Source: a virus (lineage: Duplodnaviria > Heunggongvirae > Uroviricota > Caudoviricetes). From it: DNA of 41,685 nucleotides. Made by a program: the position numbers and the translations under genes. Positions 1 through 8,351 of the stretch are shown here, piece after piece; position 1 is the stretch's first letter; every line of letters starts with the position of its first letter. The notes beneath the pieces were generated by a model, which saw only the letters and a program-made list of their open reading frames with translations, did no database searches and was not told the DNA's origin. The stretch lies in IMG/VR virus record IMGVR_UViG_2541047729_000013; one strand, given 5' to 3'.

Positions 1-516
1 ATGAAATTTAAAAAATGTCTTCTGCCTGTGGCAATGTTAGCGTCATTCACTCTGGCAGGATGCCAGTCAAATGCTGATGATCATGCCGCCGATGTTTATC
101 AAACCGATCAACTGAATACCAAACAAGAAACTAAAACCGTTAATATTATTTCCATTCTTCCCGCAAAAGTTGCCGTAGACAACGCCCAAAATAAACGGAA
201 CGCACAAGCCTTCGGCGCGCTTATTGGCGCTGTCGCTGGCGGTGTTATCGGCCACAACGTCGGGTCTGGCAGCAATTCCGGAACGACGGCAGGTGCAGTT
301 GGCGGCGGAGCTGTAGGCGCGGCAGCGGGTTCTATGGTGAATGATAAAACCTTAGTGGAAGGTGTTTCTTTAACATATAAGGAAGGCACCAAAGTGTATA
401 CCTCCACCCAGGTGGGTAAAGAGTGCCAGTTTACGACAGGTTTAGCCGTTGTTATTACCACGACGTATAACGAAACGCGTATTCAGCCAAATACCAAATG
501 TCCTGAAAAGAGCTAA
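1..516 (+). CDS. Putative lipoprotein with glycine-zipper region (probable host flank)
   Basis: Signal peptide ending in lipobox LAGC; Gly/Ala-rich stretch GALIGAVAGGVIGHNVGSG typical of glycine-zipper membrane-anchored proteins; upstream of the bidirectional terminator that precedes the phage lysis genes. Confidence 0.6.
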   Translation: MKFKKCLLPVAMLASFTLAGCQSNADDHAADVYQTDQLNTKQETKTVNIISILPAKVAVDNAQNKRNAQAFGALIGAVAGGVIGHNVGSGSNSGTTAGAVGGGAVGAAAGSMVNDKTLVEGVSLTYKEGTKVYTSTQVGKECQFTTGLAVVITTTYNETRIQPNTKCPEKS

Positions 517-531
517 TAATCAGGAGGAGTC

Positions 532-1071
532 ATGAAGAAAGTTTTTCTTTGCGCCATCTTAGCCTCCTTAAGCTATCCGGCTATCGCCTCATCATTGCAG
601 GATCAACTCTCGGCTGTCGCAGAAGCGGAACAGCAAGGTAAAAATGAAGAGCAAAGGCAGCATGACGAATGGGTCGCGGAGCGCAACAGGGAAATCCAGC
701 AAGAGAAGCAACGTCGCGCAAACGCCCAGGCCGCGGCTAATAAAAGAGCGGCAACGGCAGCAGCGAATAAGAAAGCTCGTCAGGATAAACTGGACGCCGA
801 AGCCACTGCGGACAAAAAACGCGATCAAAGTTATGAAGATGAGCTACGTAGCTTAGAGATTCAGAAACAAAAACTGGCGCTGGCGAAAGAAGAAGCCCGC
901 GTCAAGCGCGAAAACGAATTTATCGATCAGGAACTGAAGCACAAAGCTGCGCAAACCGATGTGGTGCAATCTGAAGCTGACGCAAACAGAAATATGACTG
1001 AAGGCGGTCGCGATCTGATGAAAAGCGTGGGTAAAGCAGAAGAGAATAAATCAGATAGCTGGTTTAACTAA
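532..1071 (+). CDS. Secreted coiled-coil protein, Lys/Ala/Gln/Glu-rich (probable host flank)
   Basis: RBS AGGAGG 6 nt upstream of ATG; N-terminal signal peptide (LSYPAIASS); remainder highly charged and low-complexity. Confidence 0.55.
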   Translation: MKKVFLCAILASLSYPAIASSLQDQLSAVAEAEQQGKNEEQRQHDEWVAERNREIQQEKQRRANAQAAANKRAATAAANKKARQDKLDAEATADKKRDQSYEDELRSLEIQKQKLALAKEEARVKRENEFIDQELKHKAAQTDVVQSEADANRNMTEGGRDLMKSVGKAEENKSDSWFN

Positions 1072-1110
1072 ACGATGTTAGTAACTTCAAACCTATAATT
1101 CTTTAGGATA

Positions 1111-1141
1111 AAAAAACCCTCTGTAGTAACAGAGGGTTTTG
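1111..1141. terminator. Bidirectional rho-independent terminator between convergent genes
   Basis: A-run, stem CCCTCTG / CAGAGGG with loop TAGTAA, then T-run; lies between the + gene ending at 1071 and the - spanin gene ending at 1290. Confidence 0.6.
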
Positions 1142-1289
1142 TTCATTCATAGTGCAGGGTCAAATCATTCCCACTCAATTATTTACGACAACCATAACCA
1201 ATTGAGTGATAACATTTTTCCAAATCTCAATTTTTCCCGTACCGTTTTATATACCGTCACCGGAAATCAGTACCATGAAAAATGCCATG

Positions 1290-1772
1290 CTATCTGGTCA
1301 AAGTGTCGTACTGTTTTTCGCAGACTCTTCCGGCTTCGGCTGCCCGGTCAGCATACTCTGCCAGTTGTCTGTTTCTCTCGAGAGATTTGCTGAGCACGTC
1401 GGCAAGCAAAACTCCGGTGTCTGCGGCTGACGACCCAGCGCCGACAATGGCGTTATACTGCCTGAGCTGCTCACGGATGGCAAAGAGTTGTTGCTGCAAC
1501 CGGCCAGCGCTAGCGGCAGCATCAAGAGCATCATTGCGCGCCTGGTCGATCCTCTGCTGAGCTTCACGTTCATTGGTCACTTTCTCCTGTTCGTAGTACT
1601 GACGAACTTTGTCTTCTTCGGCTTTGCTGTCTTCTTCCGCCTGAGCATACCCGGCATCGTACTGGCGACTGCCGTGTATATTCCAGGCAACCACTCCTGA
1701 TATGACCAGAACAGCAAGCACTGCCACGATAAGAAACTGTTTCCAGTATGCTTTTACGAATGCCCAGATCAT
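1290..1772 (-). CDS. Rz-like inner-membrane spanin
   Basis: N-terminal transmembrane segment followed by charged coiled-coil region; start overlaps endolysin stop (ATGA); last gene of the lysis cassette. Confidence 0.7.
   Translation of the reverse strand: MIWAFVKAYWKQFLIVAVLAVLVISGVVAWNIHGSRQYDAGYAQAEEDSKAEEDKVRQYYEQEKVTNEREAQQRIDQARNDALDAAASAGRLQQQLFAIREQLRQYNAIVGAGSSAADTGVLLADVLSKSLERNRQLAEYADRAAEAGRVCEKQYDTLTR
1298..1573 (-). CDS. Rz1-like outer-membrane lipoprotein spanin embedded in the Rz frame
   Basis: ORF in alternative frame wholly inside the Rz gene; lipoprotein signal (RR, hydrophobic core, lipobox LAGC); Pro/Ser-rich mature part. This is the classic embedded Rz/Rz1 architecture. 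Confidence 0.5.
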   Translation of the reverse strand: MNVKLSRGSTRRAMMLLMLPLALAGCSNNSLPSVSSSGSITPLSALGRQPQTPEFCLPTCSANLSRETDNWQSMLTGQPKPEESAKNSTTL

Positions 1773-2398
1773 ACCGCCAGCACCTTACTGGCAGTGATGT
1801 ACCGCGCTCGCCGGTCGTCGATGCCGTTCCGGCCACCATTGATAATCAGAGTTACACGTGCAATATCGCCGGTATACTTCATGCATCCTTTGCTGGCGAA
1901 GAACCACGCCGCGCTACGAGCCGCATATTCGTCCTGCGCCAGCAGTTCAGGGCTCTCCAGCAGGTCAACCTTCAGACCGTTTCCGCAATCACGATAGTTA
2001 TTCAAACCGGTAATCTGGATAAGTCCGCGCCCTCGGTAATTCCAGCCATCACCAGGGGCATTGTTCCCCATGCGTTTGCTGTATACCAGATTTGCGATCG
2101 CGCGCTGGCGCTCAAGTGGCAATGGTGGTTCACCAGCACGGCGCCCCAGTGCATTAGCCTGCCCCTGAGTGAGACGCCCAGCCCGAACGAAGTTAGCCAG
2201 TCCGCTGACACTGTAGTTGAAATTCTCCTGCAACCTGGTGAAGCCCCCAGACTCATGCCCGACTTGAGCAATAAACATTGCCTGATCTTCTGCTTTGCTG
2301 ATACCAAACTCTTTCATCGCAGAAGTTATATGCGAGAACCAGCGTGCGGCCAGTGCCTCGCTGATACCAGCAGCTCGCTGGAATTGTTTAATCTCCAT
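1769..2398 (-). CDS. Endolysin, glycoside hydrolase family 19-like
   Basis: Start set at internal ATG ([13 protein letters not shown]...) rather than track start 2563; motifs [22 protein letters not shown] and AAWFF resemble GH19 phage lysins; sits between holin candidates and spanins. Confidence 0.8.
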   Translation of the reverse strand: MEIKQFQRAAGISEALAARWFSHITSAMKEFGISKAEDQAMFIAQVGHESGGFTRLQENFNYSVSGLANFVRAGRLTQGQANALGRRAGEPPLPLERQRAIANLVYSKRMGNNAPGDGWNYRGRGLIQITGLNNYRDCGNGLKVDLLESPELLAQDEYAARSAAWFFASKGCMKYTGDIARVTLIINGGRNGIDDRRARYITASKVLAV

Positions 2399-2696
2399 GT
2401 TTAGACCTCGATACTTTAAAAATTTGAACGACGTTACCGCGCGTTTTAATAACCGCAGCCAGCATGACAGCGTTGATAATGACCTCAGATAAATCCACAG
2501 CCATTGGCGTACGTAACCAGATTGCATAGGCGACTCGAACAGGAATACTGGCCGCAGCAACAATCAGGAAATAAGCAAGCCATCCTCCCCACCTTCGATG
2601 TTGAGAGCCGTTACGCCGGAATGTGACAACGCGAATTGCTATGCCAGTGCAAATAACTGCATTAGTGATAAGCAAAAAAAACTCATGCGTTACCAT
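2388..2696 (-). CDS. Holin/antiholin-like small membrane protein
   Basis: About 100 aa with hydrophobic segments; overlaps the upstream membrane-protein gene and the endolysin start; position consistent with a lysis cassette. Confidence 0.45.
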   Translation of the reverse strand: MVTHEFFLLITNAVICTGIAIRVVTFRRNGSQHRRWGGWLAYFLIVAAASIPVRVAYAIWLRTPMAVDLSEVIINAVMLAAVIKTRGNVVQIFKVSRSKHGD

Positions 2697-3087
2697 CGTC
2701 TTTTCTCCCCGGAATTAACTCGCGTGGATTATCGGAACGGTGATAGAGCCATATACCAATACGCACAGCGACAATTGCTGACACGAATGCGCCTGCAGAG
2801 AAAACAATCCCTTTTTCAAAAGAGTCCTGCGTGATGGTAGGGATCAGGCTGGCTATGCCGATAAGAATTGATGCTGCTGGTTTGTAAAAGAGAAGGCCGC
2901 AAAGAAAGCTGAGCATCGACAGGAGCACCCGGCGACGGATGGGGTACTCTACTGCAGAGGTAACAAAAATTACCGCCCCAGCCAAAGCCCCTAAAGCAAC
3001 CTCCGGAGGGACACCTGCAATAACTGCAGCAAGAGAACCAAAACTAAGCAACTGATTTAATTGCTCACTTGTTACTTGAGCAGACAT
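2683..3087 (-). CDS. Holin-like multi-pass membrane protein
   Basis: 134 aa with several hydrophobic helices and a charged C-terminus; first gene of the lysis cassette after an AT-rich 300-bp intergenic region. Confidence 0.5.
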   Translation of the reverse strand: MSAQVTSEQLNQLLSFGSLAAVIAGVPPEVALGALAGAVIFVTSAVEYPIRRRVLLSMLSFLCGLLFYKPAASILIGIASLIPTITQDSFEKGIVFSAGAFVSAIVAVRIGIWLYHRSDNPRELIPGRKDDGNA

Positions 3088-3393
3088 ACTTTCTCCTGTT
3101 TACTATCTATAAGCCAGTCAATTATTGATGACTAAACCCGCATAGTAAACCATATATGAATCATTATTGTTCCATATCATATATCTCAATAAAAGTACTA
3201 ATGATTTTACAGAACGAGCCAGCAGAGTGGGGGCAGTTGTACAGGAACCATAGACTTAATTTTGTATTTAATAATGCTATGGTGTAATAAACCTGAACAT
3301 GTATTTAAAATACGTACTGATTCATGATAGAATTCAAAGATAACTTTTCACCAACTCCGTTTTTGATACCCGCAATATTTTGCGGGCTTTTTT

Positions 3394-6300
3394 TTAACGT
3401 TCTTCCAGAGACTGAACCCGCTCTTTTATCTTATCCATTTCTCTGCGCTGCCATGCTGCCTCGATATAGAATAAGAGATCAGGTCTGACCCCCCATCTAG
3501 ATCCTGCTGGCGTTATTTCAACGCGCTCAATGATGTCTTCTATTACCATCACTGGATTATCATCCTCATCAACAATGATGCTCCCGTCATTATCAGTCAG
3601 CGGCATTTCCCTTTGGCCAGTAATGACGTCATCATATACTGCGGGATAATCGTCATAGCAAAGAAAGGCATAGCGGCATGTTGTGCTTTCTTCTTCCATG
3701 AGTCCGTGAGAAATAAGAACATCACGAAGTTGCTGCGCGATTACACCATGATGTATCCTCGCCCCTTCTTCCCCCTTTATAGCGACAGCGTTCAGCCATT
3801 TATAAGCGATATACCTGACGTCACCCCAGGCATCCAGCAATGCTTCGTCAGGAGAGACCGGCTCTGTCTTTAATGTTCCGTCACTGGTAACCACAGGATT
3901 GGAGCCAAGATAAACTGTCGAGAACCTGTTTCCCGGACCACCAAGAGCATTTACATTATCAAGATAAGGTTTAACATCTCCGTTCTCAAAAAGATGTTCG
4001 AGTGCGTTATATACCGCGCGACGTGGAGTACTGCTTCCGGAACCATGCAACGTTATCATTGCACCATCTGCTGAAGACGTTGTTTCACCGCCGCTAACGA
4101 TTAATCTCTGAGCGGTAACATCATCAGACGGTACTTTCTTCGCAATAATGGCGTAATTACCCTCAAGTTTGACTTCCGCGCGAACTTGTCCTGATGTACC
4201 TGCATGGACAGTCAGTGACTGGACGGCAACATCATCTGTGAAATCAACGGGTACAGGAACCGTCCTCACGCCTGACGTCGACATAAAAGTAGGAAGCGTT
4301 CTGTTAGGAGTGGCTCCGTAGACAAAATCCCTTGAAACAAATTCTTCCTGTTTAATTTTCACCCTGAAACAATACAAATCAGCCGGGTGACCATCGTGAA
4401 AATAAGGATATTTTCTGTTGTTATCCCCTATGCTCCATGGGTTTAGAAAGTCTTCCCCACCGAAAATGTAGTACAGCCAGTTGTCTTTGATACAAACTGA
4501 ACCAACACCAACCGCAGAGTTAACTATTCCGCCCTGATAAATCTGATCAGTAACATTAACCCACTCTACATTATCCAGACTCCACTCATTGACGTTAACT
4601 CTGGTCATAAATGTTCTTGGATAATTTCCTGCATAACGGTTATCAGGTTCTCCTCCTTCCCACTCACCAAATGCGCGCTCACTGCCAAAAATAATCAGCT
4701 CATCGCCAACTTTGGCAAAAGGAAGGTTTGAGTGATGAACATTATTTGGGAAGCGAAGAGAATTCCATGATGTACCTAAATCAGAGCTTCTGTGCAATGA
4801 ACTACCGGGTTGAGTACTTAATGTCCCCCTGGTCGTCAGATACAGAATGCCATCATAATATTTTACACATGGCTCAGATGCATTCGCCTCATATTCTGCA
4901 GGTATGCGTCTGCGAACAAAGCTACCAGGAGAACCGAAAGCATCAGAGAAATAGAGTATCCCAAGCTCGCGTGGACCAATATCACCATTATGGTAGCCAA
5001 CAGCAAAACTGTTATCGCTAATCGTCGCAAAACTGTGAATCTCAGTAACAGGAGTGCTTCCGTCAACAAAAGAAGGAATAGTTCCAAGACTGGTTTTTCT
5101 CCATGGTGACGAGTGAAATGATGTACCAAAACTCCAGTATCTACCCTCGTTATTCTGATCCACATCCTGGGTATTTTGCGTCGTAACTGTAAAAGTATTT
5201 TTATCAATAACAGTAGTCACCGTCATATTCCCGGTAACACCTGTAACACCAGAGTTTGAGAAGTTGACAAAATCACCAGCAAATAATCCGTGATCAGTAA
5301 TGCGAATATAAGCGACTTGCTGATTTGCTGCTTTCGTTATACCACCATAAACGCGAAGGCTGCGACTCATTGGGCGATCCCACAACTCTGCAACCTGCAG
5401 TTTATTTCCGCTCACGGTCCGCGTCTCAATTACAGCAAAAAGGCGATTTCTGACAACCCCCATACTCATGCAGTGATAGTTAACTGTGGGATAGTTTTCA
5501 TGTAAATCTGTAAGCCATTCCGGCGTTGTCCAGGTCTTCCCGTCATCTCCTGAGCGAACCCATGCAACATGGAGGTTATTTACACCATGGCGGTCTCCAG
5601 CCATAAAAGGCGCATAGATGACATTGTCATATACAAACGTTTTATCCTGCGTCCAGGCGTTGTACCACGGTGTATCTGTAATTTTAAATAACTCTCCCTG
5701 GATAAAATCTTCAGAAGCATAAAAAAGAGGCTGGCCCGGTATTCTCTCAAATAAAAAACGAGCATTTTTAAATCGACTGACATCCGGAAGAGTTGATACT
5801 TTAAAAGTAAGCCCTAATCCGTCAATTTTATAACCTGGAGATGAGGCTTCAAGGCACGCGCTTATTGCAGTGGAATCGTCATTTATACCATCACCAACAG
5901 CTCCAAAATCTTTGGGGCTAATAGCATCACGCATTTTATCCTGGAACGTTCGGTACACAGCCCCAGAACCATACTGAATAAACCAACCAAAACCACCAAC
6001 AACCCCGGAGATTGCAGCATCGACATAATTACGCATTGAGCGATTATTTACAGCGTCCTGCTCAAATGATGGATCTGCAAGGTTAGAAATTTTGTTTTGC
6101 TTTGCATCGTAATATTTTGCAAGCAAAGATGGTTTCATCAATGCACGTCTGAACCACCCAAAACATTGCTGGATCAGCATCGTCAGGTAGTCAAAGGCAT
6201 CTTCATGCACTTCGGGGAAAAATTTTCCCTGATTGCGAAGGTCTGTCTCCTGCACTACATCAAGCACACGATCTATCGTAATTCGCCATCCAGTAGCAAG

Positions 6301-6513
6301 CGGAGACGGAAGAACCACAGAACCGCCACTATAAGTGCCCGCCCCAGTTACCGTATAACCGGTATCCAGAACCAATTCTGTTACGTTTCCGTTCAGGTCA
6401 GACACCTGAACAACCAGGTCTGATTTTCTGAAAACTCGAAAAGTATACGGAAACGATGTCGTAACGCCGTTACCGGTGTATTCGTTGTGGTCAACTTCGG
6501 TTGAGACCGTCAT
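3394..6513 (-). CDS. Tailspike / tail fibre with sialidase-like beta-propeller and C-terminal intramolecular chaperone domain
   Basis: 1039 aa; N-terminus MTVSTEVDHNEYTGNGVTTSFPYTF typical of enterobacterial phage fibre adaptor domains; two Asp-box motifs (SGDDGKTW, SSDLGTSW); C-terminal segment ending ...REMDKIKERVQSLEER resembles the autoproteolytic chaperone of endosialidase-type tailspikes; RBS GGAGAT upstream. Confidence 0.8.
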   Translation of the reverse strand: MTVSTEVDHNEYTGNGVTTSFPYTFRVFRKSDLVVQVSDLNGNVTELVLDTGYTVTGAGTYSGGSVVLPSPLATGWRITIDRVLDVVQETDLRNQGKFFPEVHEDAFDYLTMLIQQCFGWFRRALMKPSLLAKYYDAKQNKISNLADPSFEQDAVNNRSMRNYVDAAISGVVGGFGWFIQYGSGAVYRTFQDKMRDAISPKDFGAVGDGINDDSTAISACLEASSPGYKIDGLGLTFKVSTLPDVSRFKNARFLFERIPGQPLFYASEDFIQGELFKITDTPWYNAWTQDKTFVYDNVIYAPFMAGDRHGVNNLHVAWVRSGDDGKTWTTPEWLTDLHENYPTVNYHCMSMGVVRNRLFAVIETRTVSGNKLQVAELWDRPMSRSLRVYGGITKAANQQVAYIRITDHGLFAGDFVNFSNSGVTGVTGNMTVTTVIDKNTFTVTTQNTQDVDQNNEGRYWSFGTSFHSSPWRKTSLGTIPSFVDGSTPVTEIHSFATISDNSFAVGYHNGDIGPRELGILYFSDAFGSPGSFVRRRIPAEYEANASEPCVKYYDGILYLTTRGTLSTQPGSSLHRSSDLGTSWNSLRFPNNVHHSNLPFAKVGDELIIFGSERAFGEWEGGEPDNRYAGNYPRTFMTRVNVNEWSLDNVEWVNVTDQIYQGGIVNSAVGVGSVCIKDNWLYYIFGGEDFLNPWSIGDNNRKYPYFHDGHPADLYCFRVKIKQEEFVSRDFVYGATPNRTLPTFMSTSGVRTVPVPVDFTDDVAVQSLTVHAGTSGQVRAEVKLEGNYAIIAKKVPSDDVTAQRLIVSGGETTSSADGAMITLHGSGSSTPRRAVYNALEHLFENGDVKPYLDNVNALGGPGNRFSTVYLGSNPVVTSDGTLKTEPVSPDEALLDAWGDVRYIAYKWLNAVAIKGEEGARIHHGVIAQQLRDVLISHGLMEEESTTCRYAFLCYDDYPAVYDDVITGQREMPLTDNDGSIIVDEDDNPVMVIEDIIERVEITPAGSRWGVRPDLLFYIEAAWQRREMDKIKERVQSLEER

Positions 6514-6669
6514 GTTAAATCTCCAGATAGTCGCAGCACCCGTTGCGCCGCATATCTGGTTATTCTATTACCTGGAAAACCACATATGGATAGAAAGGCT
6601 GTAAATACGAATAGATATTACCTTTCAGGTAATTTGCAAAACGTGCTGGATAGCAAACAAATTATTTGC

Positions 6670-6689
6670 TACTGTATAAATATACAGTT
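6670..6689 (+). promoter_or_regulatory. LexA (SOS) box overlapping a -10-like element
   Basis: TACTGTATAAATATACAGTT matches CTGT-N8-ACAG with AT-rich spacer, a near-consensus LexA operator, about 20 nt upstream of the RBS GGAGAA of the 6709 gene. Confidence 0.7.
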
Positions 6690-6708
6690 ATTGCATGGAG
6701 AAGATAAG

Positions 6709-6966
6709 ATGCAGCAGTATCACTATCCACTGGAAGACGGATTTACCGAAAGGATTCACACGCCGGGAGGCGTCAGGTCACTGGTGGAGGGATCGCACTT
6801 GATGAAATTACTCCGGGATCTCGATAAGGATGGATTTAATGTCGATGGCCCACTTGCCGAACTGACTGCACTGATTAACTACGTCACCAGCTCACAGATG
6901 TCTATGCAGGATCTGCAAACACATCTCGACTATTGTGCCGAACAATTACGAAAACAAACCCGGTAA
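6709..6966 (+). CDS. SOS-regulated small protein, paralogous to the C-terminal domain of the Bro-N protein at 8352-9047 (candidate antirepressor)
   Basis: 85 aa from internal ATG with RBS; about 45 percent identity by eye between IHTPGGVRSLVEGSHLMKLLRDLDKDGFNVDGPLAELT...QTH and Bro C-terminus IHSPSGVLGLTENSLLMNLLNQLQEDGHDVSGAAAELT...QTH; LexA box immediately upstream. Confidence 0.6.
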   Translation: MQQYHYPLEDGFTERIHTPGGVRSLVEGSHLMKLLRDLDKDGFNVDGPLAELTALINYVTSSQMSMQDLQTHLDYCAEQLRKQTR

Positions 6967-6990
6967 ATTTAAAGGCCGCAAGAGCGGCCA

Positions 6991-7497
6991 TTAACAGTCG
7001 TAAAATTCCGGGTCCCACAAACTTGCATCGCGCGGCATGGATTCTAAATTTTTCAGCCGCAAAATTCTGTCACACTCGACAAGAAGTTTTTGTTTTTGTT
7101 CGTCAATTTCTACTTTTTTGTGTGCTGGCTCATCCCAGTAATCCAGAAGAAACGCATGTCGCTCAGACGTTACAAGATAAATCACATACACATCACTGGT
7201 TGGTATTTTTTTATGCTTGTTGGTGGTCTTGTCTTTCTTCCCGGATGCCCAGTTTTTCCAGCATTGTTCCGTACCGCTCTCACCAAACTTGTCAGTATAG
7301 TTTCCGATGTTTACGTGAACGTGGCGTATGTGATATTCCAGCATCTCTTTCGGTGGATCCCGAAACAGAGTGTCCTTTCCGAAATCCTTATGATGACCGT
7401 AGCGCCAGTGATCTATGAACGCGTTTTTGATAGGTATTAGCTCAGGGTCCTTCCCAAAAATTCCAGGGTGAACCAACCCCTGGAATTTATTCAGCAT
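6991..7497 (-). CDS. YafO-like putative toxin (ribosome-dependent mRNA interferase family)
   Basis: Start set at internal ATG (MLNKFQ...), overlapping the upstream gene by about 11 nt; segments PGIFGKD, HIRHVHV and VYVIYLVTSERHAFLL resemble recalled YafO segments PDIFGRD, HIHLANEN and HLVYCQGAFDEQAWLL. Assignment is from memory and needs an HMM search. Confidence 0.4.
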   Translation of the reverse strand: MLNKFQGLVHPGIFGKDPELIPIKNAFIDHWRYGHHKDFGKDTLFRDPPKEMLEYHIRHVHVNIGNYTDKFGESGTEQCWKNWASGKKDKTTNKHKKIPTSDVYVIYLVTSERHAFLLDYWDEPAHKKVEIDEQKQKLLVECDRILRLKNLESMPRDASLWDPEFYDC

Positions 7498-7942
7498 CGT
7501 CGTAGAGCTCCTGAGCCATATCTTCGGCAGTGCGTGCAAACATCCTGCGCGAGATTGCATGAGATTTCTCGACGGACATCTTTGGGACCTCATGCATAAC
7601 ATTTTTGGGAGTTGTGTAATAGCCTATTACAATTTTCACACCTGACTTATGATTAATATCAGCATAATATACTTCTTGTTCAGACGTTTCACGACGAACA
7701 TAATCTGCCAGTTTTCCACATTTAAATTCCCCTCCCTGATGTTTTAAAATCTCCTCAACTGCACTATTTTCAGTGAAATACCGAATAAGAAATTTCTGTC
7801 CAGACTCTTCAGCATGAGGTATAACAGTATTATTGGAAGCCCGAACAATGGCCTTACTCAATATTTCATGGTCTTTATTTTTTTCTGATTTCCTCAAATG
7901 CTGCATTACTGTAGCTCTCTTCGTGTTCACGGGCACCCCCAA
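7487..7942 (-). CDS. Uncharacterised protein overlapping and upstream of the YafO-like gene (candidate antitoxin or partner)
   Basis: 139-151 aa depending on start (track TTG at 7942 or ATG near 7906); acidic C-terminus AQELYDDAE; no recognisable HTH. My reading of the printed sequence near 7858-7862 gave one extra nucleotide relative to the track frame; track coordinates are used. Confidence 0.45.
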   Translation of the reverse strand: MGVPVNTKRATVMQHLRKSEKNKDHEILSKAIVRASNNTVIPHAEESGQKFLIRYFTENSAVEEILKHQGGEFKCGKLADYVRRETSEQEVYYADINHKSGVKIVIGYYTTPKNVMHEVPKMSVEKSHAISRRMFARTAEDMAQELYDDAE

Positions 7943-8038
7943 CTACCTCTAGGGTAAACATTCTATCGAAAGTATACGCATACTGGCAAAAAAATAGGCA
8001 GGTATTTTCTGAAATGGGATCAATCAAACCACATAGGG

Positions 8039-8083
8039 TTGAAATAACGTGAGTTATGCATTTATTATTACCTTTGCGGTAAA
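8039..8083 (+). promoter_or_regulatory. Candidate promoter (TTGAAA-N17-TTATTA) with overlapping ATTACC-N5-GGTAAA operator
   Basis: -35/-10-like hexamers with 17-nt spacing; operator palindrome at 8067-8083 abuts the -10; CCACATAGGG box at 8029-8038 is shared with the modules at 6580 and 26358. Confidence 0.45.
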
Positions 8084-8108
8084 TTTACATCGCACTCCTC
8101 TTGTGCCA

Positions 8109-8195
8109 TAGTAATCGGGCATTGGAAAAATCCAGTGCCGGGATTGGCGTCCCGGATTACTAAAAGGCGCATTCACCGCGCAAGCGGTTTTTTTA
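8109..8195 (+). ncRNA. Candidate small structured RNA / leader riboregulator ending in an intrinsic terminator
   Basis: Closing stem TAGTAATC (8109-8116) / GATTACTA (8155-8162) encloses two hairpins (GGCATTGGA-AAAA-TCCAGTGCC and GGGA-TTGGCG-TCCC); followed by ACCGC-GCAA-GCGGT plus T7 run (8175-8195). No ORF; 150 nt upstream of the Bro-N start. Confidence 0.3.
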
Positions 8196-8351
8196 TGCGT
8201 ATAGCACGGCCACATTCGTATTATGGTGGGCTGTGTGGGGGCACCGAAAGGTGCGCCGGGTCCTTTTAGCCGGTTACGCCAACCCTGCACAGTTCACCAC
8301 CAACCGATTGGCGTCGGTAGTGGTGATTAACCAGACTAAAAGGTAACCACT

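Noticed and set aside
3394-6513. Calling the tailspike a definite K1-specific endosialidase
   Set aside because: Asp boxes and a C-terminal chaperone-like segment also occur in other glycosidase tailspikes; without a structure or HMM comparison the substrate cannot be assigned.
6586-6708. Track ORF start at 6586 (MDRKAVNTNRYY...) for the small plus-strand gene
   Set aside because: The 5-prime 123 nt contain the operator palindrome, promoter-like hexamers and the LexA box, and the ATG at 6586 is part of the repeated CCACATATG DNA motif. A proper RBS precedes the ATG at 6709, so the coding region is more likely 6709-6966.
7850-7865. Apparent one-nucleotide frame inconsistency between the printed sequence and the track translation of ORF 7487-7942
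   Set aside because: Most likely my own reading error; the track translation is continuous and its start and stop coordinates are consistent, so I did not call a frameshift or pseudogene here.
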